This document shows, piece by piece, positions 50,114 to 59,214 of a stretch of DNA of 64,000 nt. The notes beneath the pieces were generated by a model that was not told the origin of the DNA, ran no database searches, and worked only from the letters and a program-made list of their open reading frames with translations. Source of the DNA: Acidobacteriota bacterium. Lineage in GTDB: Bacteria > Acidobacteriota > UBA6911 > JACQSX01. How positions within the stretch are numbered: position 1 is the first letter of the stretch; the number at the start of each line of letters is the position of its first letter. The stretch is taken from positions 32,001 through 96,000 of the forward strand of contig DASXQR010000192.1 of the NCBI GenBank assembly GCA_036507075.1, in the 5' to 3' direction. The position numbers and the translations under genes are program-made.

Positions 50114-51382
50114 ATGAAGCGCATTAAGAAGATCCCTGCCCATCCTAAGGCGGGCCAGGAGGCTCGGGCTACACTTGAGCTCGCCGCCATCGGAATCGAG
50201 GCGGAGTTTCAACTGGCGTTAAATGGCCAGCTAACTGACGTAGAAGCATTGTTTCGCGATCCGCGAAGCTTCATTCGAGGAAGTCTGATGCATCGCATCG
50301 GCACCTCTTATCATCTGCCCACCGGGGGCGCGGTTTACTTCGATACCGGTGTCGTTGAGATCGCCACTCCCGTCATTGAGATCGAAAGAGGCTGTGCCGC
50401 TCGGGCTGGCCGCTCGCTATGGGAATCGATCTTATATGTGCGCGCCGAGATGGACGAATGGGAGCGGAACACCGGGAATTCCACACGGCTAACGGGGTTC
50501 AGCACCCACTACAACGTTTCGTTTGAATTGAATTCCCACCAGCAGGGAAAAAATAAGACTCTGGAAAAACTGGCCGTGCTGCTCTGTCACATCCTTCCGG
50601 TGCCGGTAATGATTCTGGCGGCAAATCGACGCTCCACCGGCGTAGGCGTCCGGCCTCGCGGCGATCGCATCGAAATTACAGTCGACTTCACTCCCAGCTC
50701 TTCACTGATGATCGCAACCGGCACGCTGATCACGGGCATCGTGCGTGAAGTAATGCGGTGGCCGTCCTTTGAATTGCAGGCGCTGCGGCGGCGCGGGCTT
50801 CCCGTTTTACAAGGCTTCAAACCGATTCCCCACACCACACGCAAGGGCTGGCTTGCCAATATCGACAGCTATCCGCAAAACCCGTTTCGCGCGGACATCG
50901 ACGCGCCCGATTGGAAACTGCAGACCGATATAGCAGGAAAACGCGCAACCGGGAAGAATCCCGCCGGCGAAACAAAGCACTCGCTGAGACAAGTCGGCTA
51001 CCGGATCTTTCGATACTTCTGGCGTCCGGTGGCGCGCATTTCAGACCCCTTTACGTATCGGCTGATTGCTTCCGTGCTGCAGGGTCATGCCCCGTCGCTG
51101 CTGGATCTTCCGGACCGCCCGCCCGAATATAACGATGTGGGCCGGCTGTGCAGATGGGAAAACCTGTTTCCGGAAAAGGTGATGGCTCGTTCCCGTTACG
51201 AGCGCGTCCTGATCCGGGCAATTTCCGGACGAAAGCTTCGAATCGGAGGCGGTGGTTACACCCCCACCGGCATGCGCGGCTGGTCACGCGTCGTGTTCCG
51301 TCGCGATGCAGATGGAACGCGTCATATCTTCTCAATCGACTACCTGCTGAATCATCTGCAGGACTGGGAGAGAGGGGAGTGA
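50114..51382 (+). CDS. Divergent Pup-ligase/Dop-like (GS/GCS-fold) carboxylate-amine ligase
   Basis: IGIEAEF, LPTGGAVYFDTG..EIATP, GFSTHYNV and RIEITVD are collinear with PafA GIETEF, L.NGARLYLD...EYAT, G.HENY and RLH...D. Confidence 0.65.
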   Translation: MKRIKKIPAHPKAGQEARATLELAAIGIEAEFQLALNGQLTDVEALFRDPRSFIRGSLMHRIGTSYHLPTGGAVYFDTGVVEIATPVIEIERGCAARAGRSLWESILYVRAEMDEWERNTGNSTRLTGFSTHYNVSFELNSHQQGKNKTLEKLAVLLCHILPVPVMILAANRRSTGVGVRPRGDRIEITVDFTPSSSLMIATGTLITGIVREVMRWPSFELQALRRRGLPVLQGFKPIPHTTRKGWLANIDSYPQNPFRADIDAPDWKLQTDIAGKRATGKNPAGETKHSLRQVGYRIFRYFWRPVARISDPFTYRLIASVLQGHAPSLLDLPDRPPEYNDVGRLCRWENLFPEKVMARSRYERVLIRAISGRKLRIGGGGYTPTGMRGWSRVVFRRDADGTRHIFSIDYLLNHLQDWERGE

Positions 51383-51386
51383 TTCG

Positions 51387-51589
51387 AAATGCGGAATGGG
51401 GAATGCGGAATGGGGAATGCGGAATGGGGAATGCGGAATAGGGAATGCGGAAGGCGGAAAGCGGAAGGCGGAGGTGGATTTCGGAGTGCAGAAGGCGGAG
51501 TGTCTAACTCAAGTGTTCAAGGCCGAGCTCAAAATCTCTCCCTATTCTGCTTTCCGCCTTCCCCATTCCGCATTCCGAAATCCGCATTT
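51387..51589. repeat. Heptamer (GAATGSG) inverted tandem repeat between convergent genes
   Basis: About 12 AATGCGG/AATGGGG/AAGGCGG units pair with TTCCGCC/TTCCCCA/TTCCGCA units. Confidence 0.9.
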
Positions 51590-51618
51590 GAGTCGGTGAG
51601 AACAATCGACGCGGAGAT

Positions 51619-52002
51619 CTATCTAACCTCAAACACCCCGTTCATCATGCGGGCGTGGGGTACGCATTGGTAGAAGTAGGTTCCGGTCCGATCTGGTATT
51701 CGAAAAAGCACAGAGGCGGTGCCTTTACCTTTTACCGGAGGAAGCGACAGCGGCAGACCCTTGACAACAAAGTTGTGAGTGATTCCCTGGTCCAGATTCT
51801 GCAACACGATGCGTACCGACCTGCCGGGCTTGACTCGAATCATTGGATTGGCAGTATCCGGGTCATCCGCCAGGTAAAATGTCATCTCTTTTACCACCAG
51901 CCGGATCTCCTGTGTTCCCGATCGCAGGCTGGCCGTCAGGGGCAAAGCAGCAATCAGCCCCGTGATCATAATGGTCGAAATGTAGAGAACGCGCGTGCGC
52001 AT
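51619..52002 (-). CDS. Cupredoxin domain protein
   Basis: Signal peptide; THNF and YQCVPHARMM supply type 1 Cu ligands H, C, H, M. Confidence 0.85.
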   Translation of the reverse strand: MRTRVLYISTIMITGLIAALPLTASLRSGTQEIRLVVKEMTFYLADDPDTANPMIRVKPGRSVRIVLQNLDQGITHNFVVKGLPLSLPPVKGKGTASVLFRIPDRTGTYFYQCVPHARMMNGVFEVR

Positions 52003-52005
52003 AAG

Positions 52006-53274
52006 TCATCCAATAAGAAGGCCAGTGGAATACATCACCACAAAGCCGGCCATCAATCCCGCCAAAACCGTGGCTCTGGAAAAAAACTGTATAATCGGCT
52101 GGCTGCCCGCCATCTGACGGACAATCTGCAGAATCACCTGCGAGATGGCGCCCACGCCGATTCCAAGAAACATCACCGCCCAGACACTGGAATAAACTGA
52201 ACCACCCAGCAAGGCTCCGGCAATGGTGGGTGCACCCCCAATCAACCCGAGCCGGATCAAGCCGGCCATAGAGACATTCCTTCCCTCCGCATGGGTTGCC
52301 TTTGCCAGCGGGGCCACAATGGCGAGGCCTTCAGTCGTGTTGTGTAGGGTAAAACCGATGATCAACAGATTCCCGAGGGCCGCTTCCCCGAGCGCAAATG
52401 CCGCTCCGATAGCGAGTCCCTCGCTGAAGTTGTGCAGCCCGATACCGATGGCTACCAGCAGAGCCAGAACTGAGCCCATGGCGACCGCGCCGCCCCCGAC
52501 GTCCAGCCGTCTACGACGCCCGAGGAGCCAGGCTCCGAGCGCTTCCAGAGCAATAAAGGCGCTGAACGCCGCCAGCGCGAACAAGGCCACTCCCTGATAA
52601 GATCCGGGCACCGCTGACGCAGCTTCCAGGCCTTCGGCTGCTGCGTCAATTACCAGAAACATCAGCAGTCCTACCGTGAGCGCCAGCAGAAAATCGAGGC
52701 CCCTGTCTCCGAGCGTTTTAACAAAAGGAAACCAGAGCAAACCAATGGCAACCGGTATGACACCAACGTACAAGCCAATCAGGGTGAAAATGCCAAGGAA
52801 GCGCATCCCGACGCGCGGGGTGTTCACAGCCACGGCGATTTCATGTTCGAAGGTCACGCCGGTGGAAGTAAGCACGCGCAGCACGTGAGCTTCACCGTGC
52901 ACCCAGGGATAAGGCACCCGGATTGTCGTACTTCCCAGGTGTTTTAACACCGTTCCCGAGTCCGACGAGAAATTCCAGTAAGCCTCGTCAACCTGCACCT
53001 GCGCAATCGTAACGGGATCGGGGCCGTCATTGAGAATAGCAGCAATGATCCCCTCAGGTCTCAGCTCGACCCGCTGAAACCGCAGCTTTTCCACCGGCGG
53101 GTAATCCTTGCCCCGAAGTGAATCTGCGGGACCGGACCGCAGCAGAAACACAACCAGCGCTCCCAGCAGAAACAGGGGCAGCGCCGCAAGCAGCCAGACA
53201 GCAACCGGCCGCCTGCGCGCCGGCGTTACTTGACCCGCGCCCCGTTCCGAAATCTGCCCGGTGGCCTGTCTCAT
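52006..53274 (-). CDS. ZIP family metal transporter with N-terminal soluble domain
   Basis: GLHNFSEGLAIG and LHNTTEGLAI. Confidence 0.9.
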   Translation of the reverse strand: MRQATGQISERGAGQVTPARRRPVAVWLLAALPLFLLGALVVFLLRSGPADSLRGKDYPPVEKLRFQRVELRPEGIIAAILNDGPDPVTIAQVQVDEAYWNFSSDSGTVLKHLGSTTIRVPYPWVHGEAHVLRVLTSTGVTFEHEIAVAVNTPRVGMRFLGIFTLIGLYVGVIPVAIGLLWFPFVKTLGDRGLDFLLALTVGLLMFLVIDAAAEGLEAASAVPGSYQGVALFALAAFSAFIALEALGAWLLGRRRRLDVGGGAVAMGSVLALLVAIGIGLHNFSEGLAIGAAFALGEAALGNLLIIGFTLHNTTEGLAIVAPLAKATHAEGRNVSMAGLIRLGLIGGAPTIAGALLGGSVYSSVWAVMFLGIGVGAISQVILQIVRQMAGSQPIIQFFSRATVLAGLMAGFVVMYSTGLLIG

Positions 53275-54326
53275 GACGAAACTTGCTCCGCCTTAAAAAT
53301 GCCCATCCAGCCGAGTTCGGCGAACTCGCTCTGGTGAGCGTGAAACATGAACTCGCCGGGATACCGGAAGGTTGTTTCCAGAATGGCGCGCTCTCCCTGG
53401 CACAACATGACCGTGTCGGACTTCTCGGTCGCGGCCCGGGCGGTGCCCGTGCGGTTGATATCGAAAAACATTCCATGCAGATGAAAGCTGTTTAGCAGAT
53501 CGAATTCCGTTACATTCACCAGATAAATCCGCACCGGCCTGCCGACCGCGACCCGGATCGGCTCGTACATGTAATAATGAGCGACCGTATTTACGGCGTA
53601 GACCTCATTGTCCGCGTCGAAGTTGGTGTCAAACCCATTCATCATCATGATGAGATCGTCTGTTTGTCCGACGGAAGCACCCTCGGGCCGCCGCGGATCC
53701 ACGATGAAGGCGCCGTACAACCCCTTATGTATATGTCGTTTCAACGGGACGGTGTGACAGTGGTAAAGGTGCAATCCAAATGGATCTGCGATGAATTCAT
53801 AAATAAACTCGCGCCCTGGCGCCACTTGCTGTGAGGGAAGCGATCCATCCATTTCCGGGGGATGCCAGCCGTGAAAGTGAATCGAATGCGGATGAGTTCC
53901 CTGGTTCACAAACCTGACTCTGATCCGATCCCCTTCCGTGGCCCGGATCGTGGGACCCGGCACCTGCCCGTTGTAGGTCCAGGCAGGAAAAAAAATACCG
54001 GGCGCGATTTCGATCTCTCGATCAACCGCGAAGAATTCGTATTCCCGCAGCAGCGTGCCGTCCGGTTGCTTCTTTTCCCGGTAATAGCGTGATCGCTCCA
54101 GCGGAGGTAAGTGCGAAAAATTCCAGCTTCTTAAAAACAGTGTCGGATTGAACGCAGTTGTGGAAACCCGTCCGACCGTTCCCATGGCATGGACGGAATG
54201 CGCCATCGCCTGCTCGGGTGAATCCGGGTGATGGCCGGCGGAAATCACCGACGGCAGATTACTCACCGCACCGGCCAGAGAGCCGAATCCTGCCAATCGC
54301 ATCAGTCTTCTTCTCGAGGTCAGCAT
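53271..54326 (-). CDS. Two-domain multicopper oxidase with Tat signal
   Basis: SRRRLM, WTYNGQVPGP, HSIHFH, YHCH...HIH, FHLHG, FHAH. Start trimmed to ATG 54326. Confidence 0.9.
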   Translation of the reverse strand: MLTSRRRLMRLAGFGSLAGAVSNLPSVISAGHHPDSPEQAMAHSVHAMGTVGRVSTTAFNPTLFLRSWNFSHLPPLERSRYYREKKQPDGTLLREYEFFAVDREIEIAPGIFFPAWTYNGQVPGPTIRATEGDRIRVRFVNQGTHPHSIHFHGWHPPEMDGSLPSQQVAPGREFIYEFIADPFGLHLYHCHTVPLKRHIHKGLYGAFIVDPRRPEGASVGQTDDLIMMMNGFDTNFDADNEVYAVNTVAHYYMYEPIRVAVGRPVRIYLVNVTEFDLLNSFHLHGMFFDINRTGTARAATEKSDTVMLCQGERAILETTFRYPGEFMFHAHQSEFAELGWMGIFKAEQVSS

Positions 54327-54371
54327 ATTTTGAATAGTCAAAATCATATATTCGGATCGTCAAAATGTCAA
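54327..54371 (-). promoter_or_regulatory. Near-consensus sigma70 promoter overlapped by a DtxR/MntR-like operator
   Basis: Minus strand TTGACA (54366-71)-N17-TATGAT (54343-48); palindrome ATTTTGA-atag-TCAAAAT 54327-54344 with a degenerate tandem copy at 54349-54366. Confidence 0.8.
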
Positions 54372-54376
54372 CCAAA

Positions 54377-54534
54377 AGTTTTCACCACAAAGGCACAAAG
54401 GACACGAAGGGAGGACGTAGGACGGGCAGGGGTCGGTCATCTTCAAAAGCCATTGTCGCGTTTACCTTTGGACAGATGACCGGTCCCTGCCCGTCCCACG
54501 TCTTGCTTTGTGTCCTTTGTGCCTTTGTGGTGAA
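54377..54534. repeat. Two-tier inverted repeat homologous to 24243-24416
   Basis: Same 9-mer outer arms; inner stem GACGTAGGACGGGCAGGGGTCGGTCATCT and AGATGACCGGTCCCTGCCCGTCCCACGTC. Confidence 0.9.
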
Positions 54535-54543
54535 ATGCTGCAA

Positions 54544-55212
54544 ATGCTCCCAACCAGCACGATGGAGAATTACTTGAAGTCGATCTACCAGATCCAGGCG
54601 GGCTTCAGTGAGAGCCAACTCGTTCCAATGGGCCAGCTTGCCGCCAGACTTGGTGTCGTTCCGGGCACGGCGACAACCATGGTTAAGGCGCTGGCAGAGT
54701 CAGGTCTGGTTGTTTATGAACCTTACAGCGGAGTGCGTTTGACCCAGGCCGGCGAAAAGCTTGCCGCACTCGTGCTGCGTCGGCACCGGATCATCGAACT
54801 CTTCCTGGTTCGTATCATGGGAATGAATTGGGGCGAAGTGCATGAAGAAGCTGAGAAACTGGAGCACGTCGTTTCAGAAGCTTTGATCACACGTATGGAT
54901 GAAATGCTGGGGCGCCCGCAAGTCGATCCCCATGGAGATCCAATTCCGAACTCGGAGGGGATGTTCAAACGTGAAGAGTATCTGACATTGCTGGACTGTC
55001 CGATCGACGCGCCTGTGACGATCCTGCGGGTGACCGACCAGGATGTGGCATTCCTAAAGTTCATCGAAGAGAGCAACTTGATGCCCGGTCAGAAAATCAC
55101 AGTGAAAGCGCGTGACATGGCAGCCGACAGAGTGACCGTTCGCAGTGAAGGTGACCGCCTGATCACGATGGGCATGCTGGCGGCATCGAAGGTGCTGGTG
55201 CAAACCGGGTAA
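54544..55212 (+). CDS. DtxR/MntR family metal-dependent repressor with FeoA-like C-terminus
   Basis: ENYLKSIY, LRRHRIIELFL, HEEAEKLEH, DPHGDPIP; start trimmed out of the repeat. Confidence 0.92.
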   Translation: MLPTSTMENYLKSIYQIQAGFSESQLVPMGQLAARLGVVPGTATTMVKALAESGLVVYEPYSGVRLTQAGEKLAALVLRRHRIIELFLVRIMGMNWGEVHEEAEKLEHVVSEALITRMDEMLGRPQVDPHGDPIPNSEGMFKREEYLTLLDCPIDAPVTILRVTDQDVAFLKFIEESNLMPGQKITVKARDMAADRVTVRSEGDRLITMGMLAASKVLVQTG

Positions 55213-55219
55213 AAAAAAT

Positions 55220-55336
55220 TGAACCGCCAAGAACGCAAAGAATGCCAAACGATTTAGTTAAACTCTGGAGGAACACGACAAGGTAAACGTCGGATGCCCT
55301 TTGACGCTTGGCGTTCTTTGCGTTCTTGGCGGTTCA
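55220..55336. repeat. 9-mer inverted repeat between convergent genes
   Basis: TGAACCGCCAAGAACGCAAAGAATGCCAA and TTGGCGTTCTTTGCGTTCTTGGCGGTTCA. Confidence 0.88.
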
Positions 55337-55933
55337 CGCGCATTCGCGAAATTTTGCCACTACGGCGTCCAGTCGAGCAGGATCGGCAAAAAGAGATATT
55401 CCGGCAATACCGGCCGCGCCTGTATCCAACACCTCGCGGAATCGGTCCGACGTCATTCCTCCCAAGGCAATGATCGGGGACCCTGCATTCCGGCATGCCT
55501 GATAAAGCAGGCGCAGGCCCAGCGGCTTGCGGGCTTGCTGTTTGGAAAAGGCCGGAAAGATCGGCGCCAGCAGAACGTAATCAGCCCCTTCTTGTGAAAG
55601 TCGCACGGCTTCGTCCGGCGTGTGGGCGCTGGCACCGACAATCTTTGCCGGCAGGATGGATCTGGCCTGTTGGATCTCCTGGGACGAGGGAAGGTGCACG
55701 CCGTCGATATCTAATGTCGCCCATGATTGATCGAGGCCGTTGATCAGCAGGCGCGTGGCCTGCCTGTGAGACTGCGCCAGCCGCCCGGCAATCACCGCCC
55801 GCTCGGCCGATGCGAGCTGTTTGTGGCGAAATTGGAAAAACTCTATGCGGCGGCTGACGATATTCAAAAGCAGCTCGACCGGATCGCCGCTGGATGGATC
55901 ACTAATGCAATACAGAACAGGCGCGTGAAACAA
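55334..55933 (-). CDS. Thiamine-phosphate synthase (ThiE/TenI) family protein
   Basis: FQFRHK, LLIN, DGVHL, GASAH, ADYVLLAPIF...SK, IALGG, AGIAGIS. Confidence 0.85.
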   Translation of the reverse strand: MFHAPVLYCISDPSSGDPVELLLNIVSRRIEFFQFRHKQLASAERAVIAGRLAQSHRQATRLLINGLDQSWATLDIDGVHLPSSQEIQQARSILPAKIVGASAHTPDEAVRLSQEGADYVLLAPIFPAFSKQQARKPLGLRLLYQACRNAGSPIIALGGMTSDRFREVLDTGAAGIAGISLFADPARLDAVVAKFRECA

Positions 55934-55934
55934 G

Positions 55935-56174
55935 TCAGTGGCTGTTCCTCTTGCGAGTGAAATTTATGAATTCGATACCGCCGATCAGCAGGTTAACGAT
56001 ACCCAGACCCGAGACAGCGCCCCTGAAATAGTTGTTGAGCATGACCTGCCGCAGCGCGGGATGCTGGATCAAAAGACCGTTTACCTCCCAGATGCGCAGC
56101 CAGGGGTAAATGACAAGAAAGATCCCGATCTGAAAGCAGAAAAGTATGTAGAAGATATTCAACAACCTGTGCAT
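55935..56174 (-). CDS. Small two-TM membrane protein
   Basis: C..IG..L...PW...W..N...RGAVSGLG..N; co-oriented and tightly packed in the operon. Confidence 0.7.
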   Translation of the reverse strand: MHRLLNIFYILFCFQIGIFLVIYPWLRIWEVNGLLIQHPALRQVMLNNYFRGAVSGLGIVNLLIGGIEFINFTRKRNSH

Positions 56175-56185
56175 TAAGCTGGAAT

Positions 56186-56351
56186 TTGAGCACGAATTAT
56201 GCGTTGAGCACGAATTTCACGAATTTCACGAATTTCACGAATTTATTCTAGGTTGAGCCCGAGTTTGTTTGAACACGAATTTACACGAATTTCACGAAGT
56301 TAATTAATATTATTCGTGAAATTCGTGAAATTCGTGTTGATTCGTGCTCAA
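56186..56351. repeat. 9-mer (CACGAATTT) inverted tandem repeat
   Basis: TTGAGCACGAATTTCACGAATTTCACGAA...TTCGTGAAATTCGTGAAATTCGTG...ATTCGTGCTCAA. Confidence 0.92.
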
Positions 56352-58756
56352 CCCTTTAAACGGTCAGAGATGTCGCGGAAGTTGGGACTGACCTTTTGAA
56401 TCTTGCGGAACAACTCACGAGCCTCGTTGTTTTTACCCTGTGCTTCGAGGGCCCTGCCGAGGTCGTACAGGAGGGTTTTGCGTTCGTAGTCTTTGCTGCC
56501 CTTCAATTGCAGACCGCGCTGCGCCCATTGGGCCGCCTTGTCCGATTCGCCCGATTCAAGATAACAATTGGCCAGCAGGCTGTAGCAGAGCGGAGTTTCG
56601 CGGTTGCCCTTTCCGTTTCTGGCCAACTCGATCGCCTTGTGGAATTCCTGAATCGCGTCGGGAATTAGTCCCATCTCACGATAGGCCTTCCCCAAGTCCA
56701 TGTGTGTTTGAAATTCGTCAGCCGGGGGCTTGGCCGCGTCCGGCTGGCCTTCTTTATATTCCAAGGCCTCCAAGGCGGGCTGGAGTCCGCTGGCATCAAA
56801 GTCGAACAGAGCATTGATTGCTTCGTCAATCTGCAGCGTCAGATCCTTCAGTTCCTGATCCGGCGCCGGCGCAAGCTCGGTGATTGCGCGGGCGCTGGCT
56901 TCATCCTTAAATACGGTCGAACCTTCAAGTTCCTGCAGCCGTTGTTTCACTTCTTCAGACTCGGGATGCTCCGAGCTGAGTTTGTCAAGAAGCAGCCTGG
57001 CATCTCCCTGGAAACCCATCTTCAAATAGAAGTCTACTTCCTGAAGCGTCTCTGAAAGACCGGCAGGCGAAGTTGCAAGCGGGACATGCTGGGCAATCTC
57101 ATGCACCTTCTCGCTGGAAATCTCTTCCGGCTCGGCCGTTAATTCGGAGTCACCTGCAGTTTCGATTTCCTGATCACCTGTCGCCTCAGAGAGAAACTTG
57201 TCCCAGTCCTTTTCCAGATCATCGGTCGGAATCTCAAAATCGCCTGTTTCCACTCCCGACTTTGCCGCCTTCCGACCCGTGGGGGCAGAACCTTTGCCTT
57301 TGCCTTTGCCTGCGGCGGGCTTTTCGTTTTCATCGAGCAGAGTGTCCCAACCCTTCTCCAGCCCTTCGGTGGATAGATCGTCGAGACTTATCTCAAAGGA
57401 GCCTTCTTCTTTGGACGAAGCCTTTCCTTTTTCATCCAGATCAGTGTCGCTGCCGATATCGTCAACTCCGGCCATCTGGATCTGCTCGAGTTCCTCCGGC
57501 GAGATTTCGCCGATATCGAAGCTTGATTCATCGCTGCTGACCACCGGCTGCACCGCCGGCGGCTCATAGACTTTACCGGGGTAAGCCTTCTCAAACAAGG
57601 AGCGGTGCTGCTGCAGGTACTCGGAGTTTTCCGGAGACCATTGCACAAGCTGATCGGCCGCAAGAAAGGCTTTCTTCAGGTCGCCTTTCAACGCATAGCG
57701 CGACATCAACTCGGCCTGTGCCGCCGCAGCCGCGTCGAAATCTCCCCTCCGCGCATGCAGGCGCGCAAGAATCTCCGTTAATGAACTCTGGTCGGGCATG
57801 CGACCCGCCACCCGCTGCACCAGCTCTCCCATCTTTCGCAGATCGTCGGGGACTGACAGGTTTTCGGCGAGGGCTTCGGCGAGCGAAGTGAAGTTGATCG
57901 TCTTCCGTTTATCGGCGTAATGCTCCAGAAGCTCAAGCAACGGCGCCGCATCGCGGCCGTGCTGACTATGAAGATCAAGCAGAATCTTTTCCGCTTCAGC
58001 AAAGTCGCCCGTGTGAATCAGCAATTTGCCACGGAGTTCCTGCAGGTGCAGGTCATCCGGATGCATCATGCTCAAATTGTCGAGAATTCCCTTGGCCAGC
58101 CCGTCTTTTCCAGCCGCGTGCGCTGCGGGGATGAACAGATCAATCACCGCCAGATCGCGCGGGTTCAAGTCGAGGGAGCGCTGCAGCAGGGCCAGAGCGT
58201 GTTCTGGTTTGCGCTGTTTTAATGCGGCCGCGCCGGCCAGCTTCAGATAATTAGCCGCCGAAGTTTTATCTCCCTTGACAGACTGCAAATGTCCGAGGCG
58301 CTCGAGAACCGTGATGTCATTTTTGTCGAACTCAAAAATCTTCAGGTAGATTTCACCGGCTTCGCGCTCCTTGCCGGTTTGAAACAGCTTTTCCGCTACG
58401 GCCCGGTAGTGACTGGCGGCGTCGTGATACAGGCCCTGCTTGTAATAAAGATTGGCCAGGCTTTCCTGGACCCGCGGATTGTCGGGTCCAAGATTGAATA
58501 CTTTTTTCAGAGTGGCTATCGCCTTGAGGATGAAACCGTGACTGAGGTAGAGATCGGCGACCCGGTTGAAGTAATTGACAGCTTCCGGGTGTTTGTTAAG
58601 GCGAACAAGCAGATCTCCGACGGTGTTCAAAAGGATCACATCGTCCTGTTCGGTTTTGAGCACTTTCAGGTATTCATTGACCGCGCTGGCGAACTTACCC
58701 TGAAGGACATACTTCTCGGCCGTTCTCAGTATTCGATCTTTGTTGGGTGAGCCCAT
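56348..58756 (-). CDS. Tetratricopeptide repeat protein with long acidic linker
   Basis: N-terminal TPRs, D/E-rich middle, C-terminal THMDLGKAYREMGL..DAIQEF...YDLG...FRDISDRL. Confidence 0.85.
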   Translation of the reverse strand: MGSPNKDRILRTAEKYVLQGKFASAVNEYLKVLKTEQDDVILLNTVGDLLVRLNKHPEAVNYFNRVADLYLSHGFILKAIATLKKVFNLGPDNPRVQESLANLYYKQGLYHDAASHYRAVAEKLFQTGKEREAGEIYLKIFEFDKNDITVLERLGHLQSVKGDKTSAANYLKLAGAAALKQRKPEHALALLQRSLDLNPRDLAVIDLFIPAAHAAGKDGLAKGILDNLSMMHPDDLHLQELRGKLLIHTGDFAEAEKILLDLHSQHGRDAAPLLELLEHYADKRKTINFTSLAEALAENLSVPDDLRKMGELVQRVAGRMPDQSSLTEILARLHARRGDFDAAAAAQAELMSRYALKGDLKKAFLAADQLVQWSPENSEYLQQHRSLFEKAYPGKVYEPPAVQPVVSSDESSFDIGEISPEELEQIQMAGVDDIGSDTDLDEKGKASSKEEGSFEISLDDLSTEGLEKGWDTLLDENEKPAAGKGKGKGSAPTGRKAAKSGVETGDFEIPTDDLEKDWDKFLSEATGDQEIETAGDSELTAEPEEISSEKVHEIAQHVPLATSPAGLSETLQEVDFYLKMGFQGDARLLLDKLSSEHPESEEVKQRLQELEGSTVFKDEASARAITELAPAPDQELKDLTLQIDEAINALFDFDASGLQPALEALEYKEGQPDAAKPPADEFQTHMDLGKAYREMGLIPDAIQEFHKAIELARNGKGNRETPLCYSLLANCYLESGESDKAAQWAQRGLQLKGSKDYERKTLLYDLGRALEAQGKNNEARELFRKIQKVSPNFRDISDRLKG

Positions 58757-58780
58757 CTATGCTCCAAATCCGAACCGGCG

Positions 58781-59131
58781 TTATTCGGCTTTCTTGGTTT
58801 CTTTGAGTCGGGCCGCTTTTCCCTTGCGCTCTCTGAGGAAATAGAGTTTTGCTCTGCGCACCCGCCCTTTCTTTACTACTTCAATGCTTTCAATTACGGG
58901 CGAATATAAGGGGAAAATGCGTTCCACTCCGTAGCCGAAGGAGATCTTCCGGACAGTAAAGGACTCGCGCGGGCCTGTTCCCTTTCGCGAAATCACAACA
59001 CCTTCAAAGGCCTGAATCCGGAATTTGTCGCCTTCCTTGATCTTGACATTGACCCGAACCGTGTCTCCAGGTCGAAAGGCAGGGACGTCATCTTTGACGC
59101 CGCGGCTTTCGACAATTTCCATCAAATTCAT
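58781..59131 (-). CDS. rplS: 50S ribosomal protein L19
   Basis: [43 protein letters not shown]. Confidence 0.98.
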   Translation of the reverse strand: MNLMEIVESRGVKDDVPAFRPGDTVRVNVKIKEGDKFRIQAFEGVVISRKGTGPRESFTVRKISFGYGVERIFPLYSPVIESIEVVKKGRVRRAKLYFLRERKGKAARLKETKKAE

Positions 59132-59214
59132 GCGTTACTCCTATAATTTCAACTATTTCCTGCTGAAAAGTTAGTAATTCTTCTCACACCATGAAGAATA
59201 CGAGTCTGAAGACG

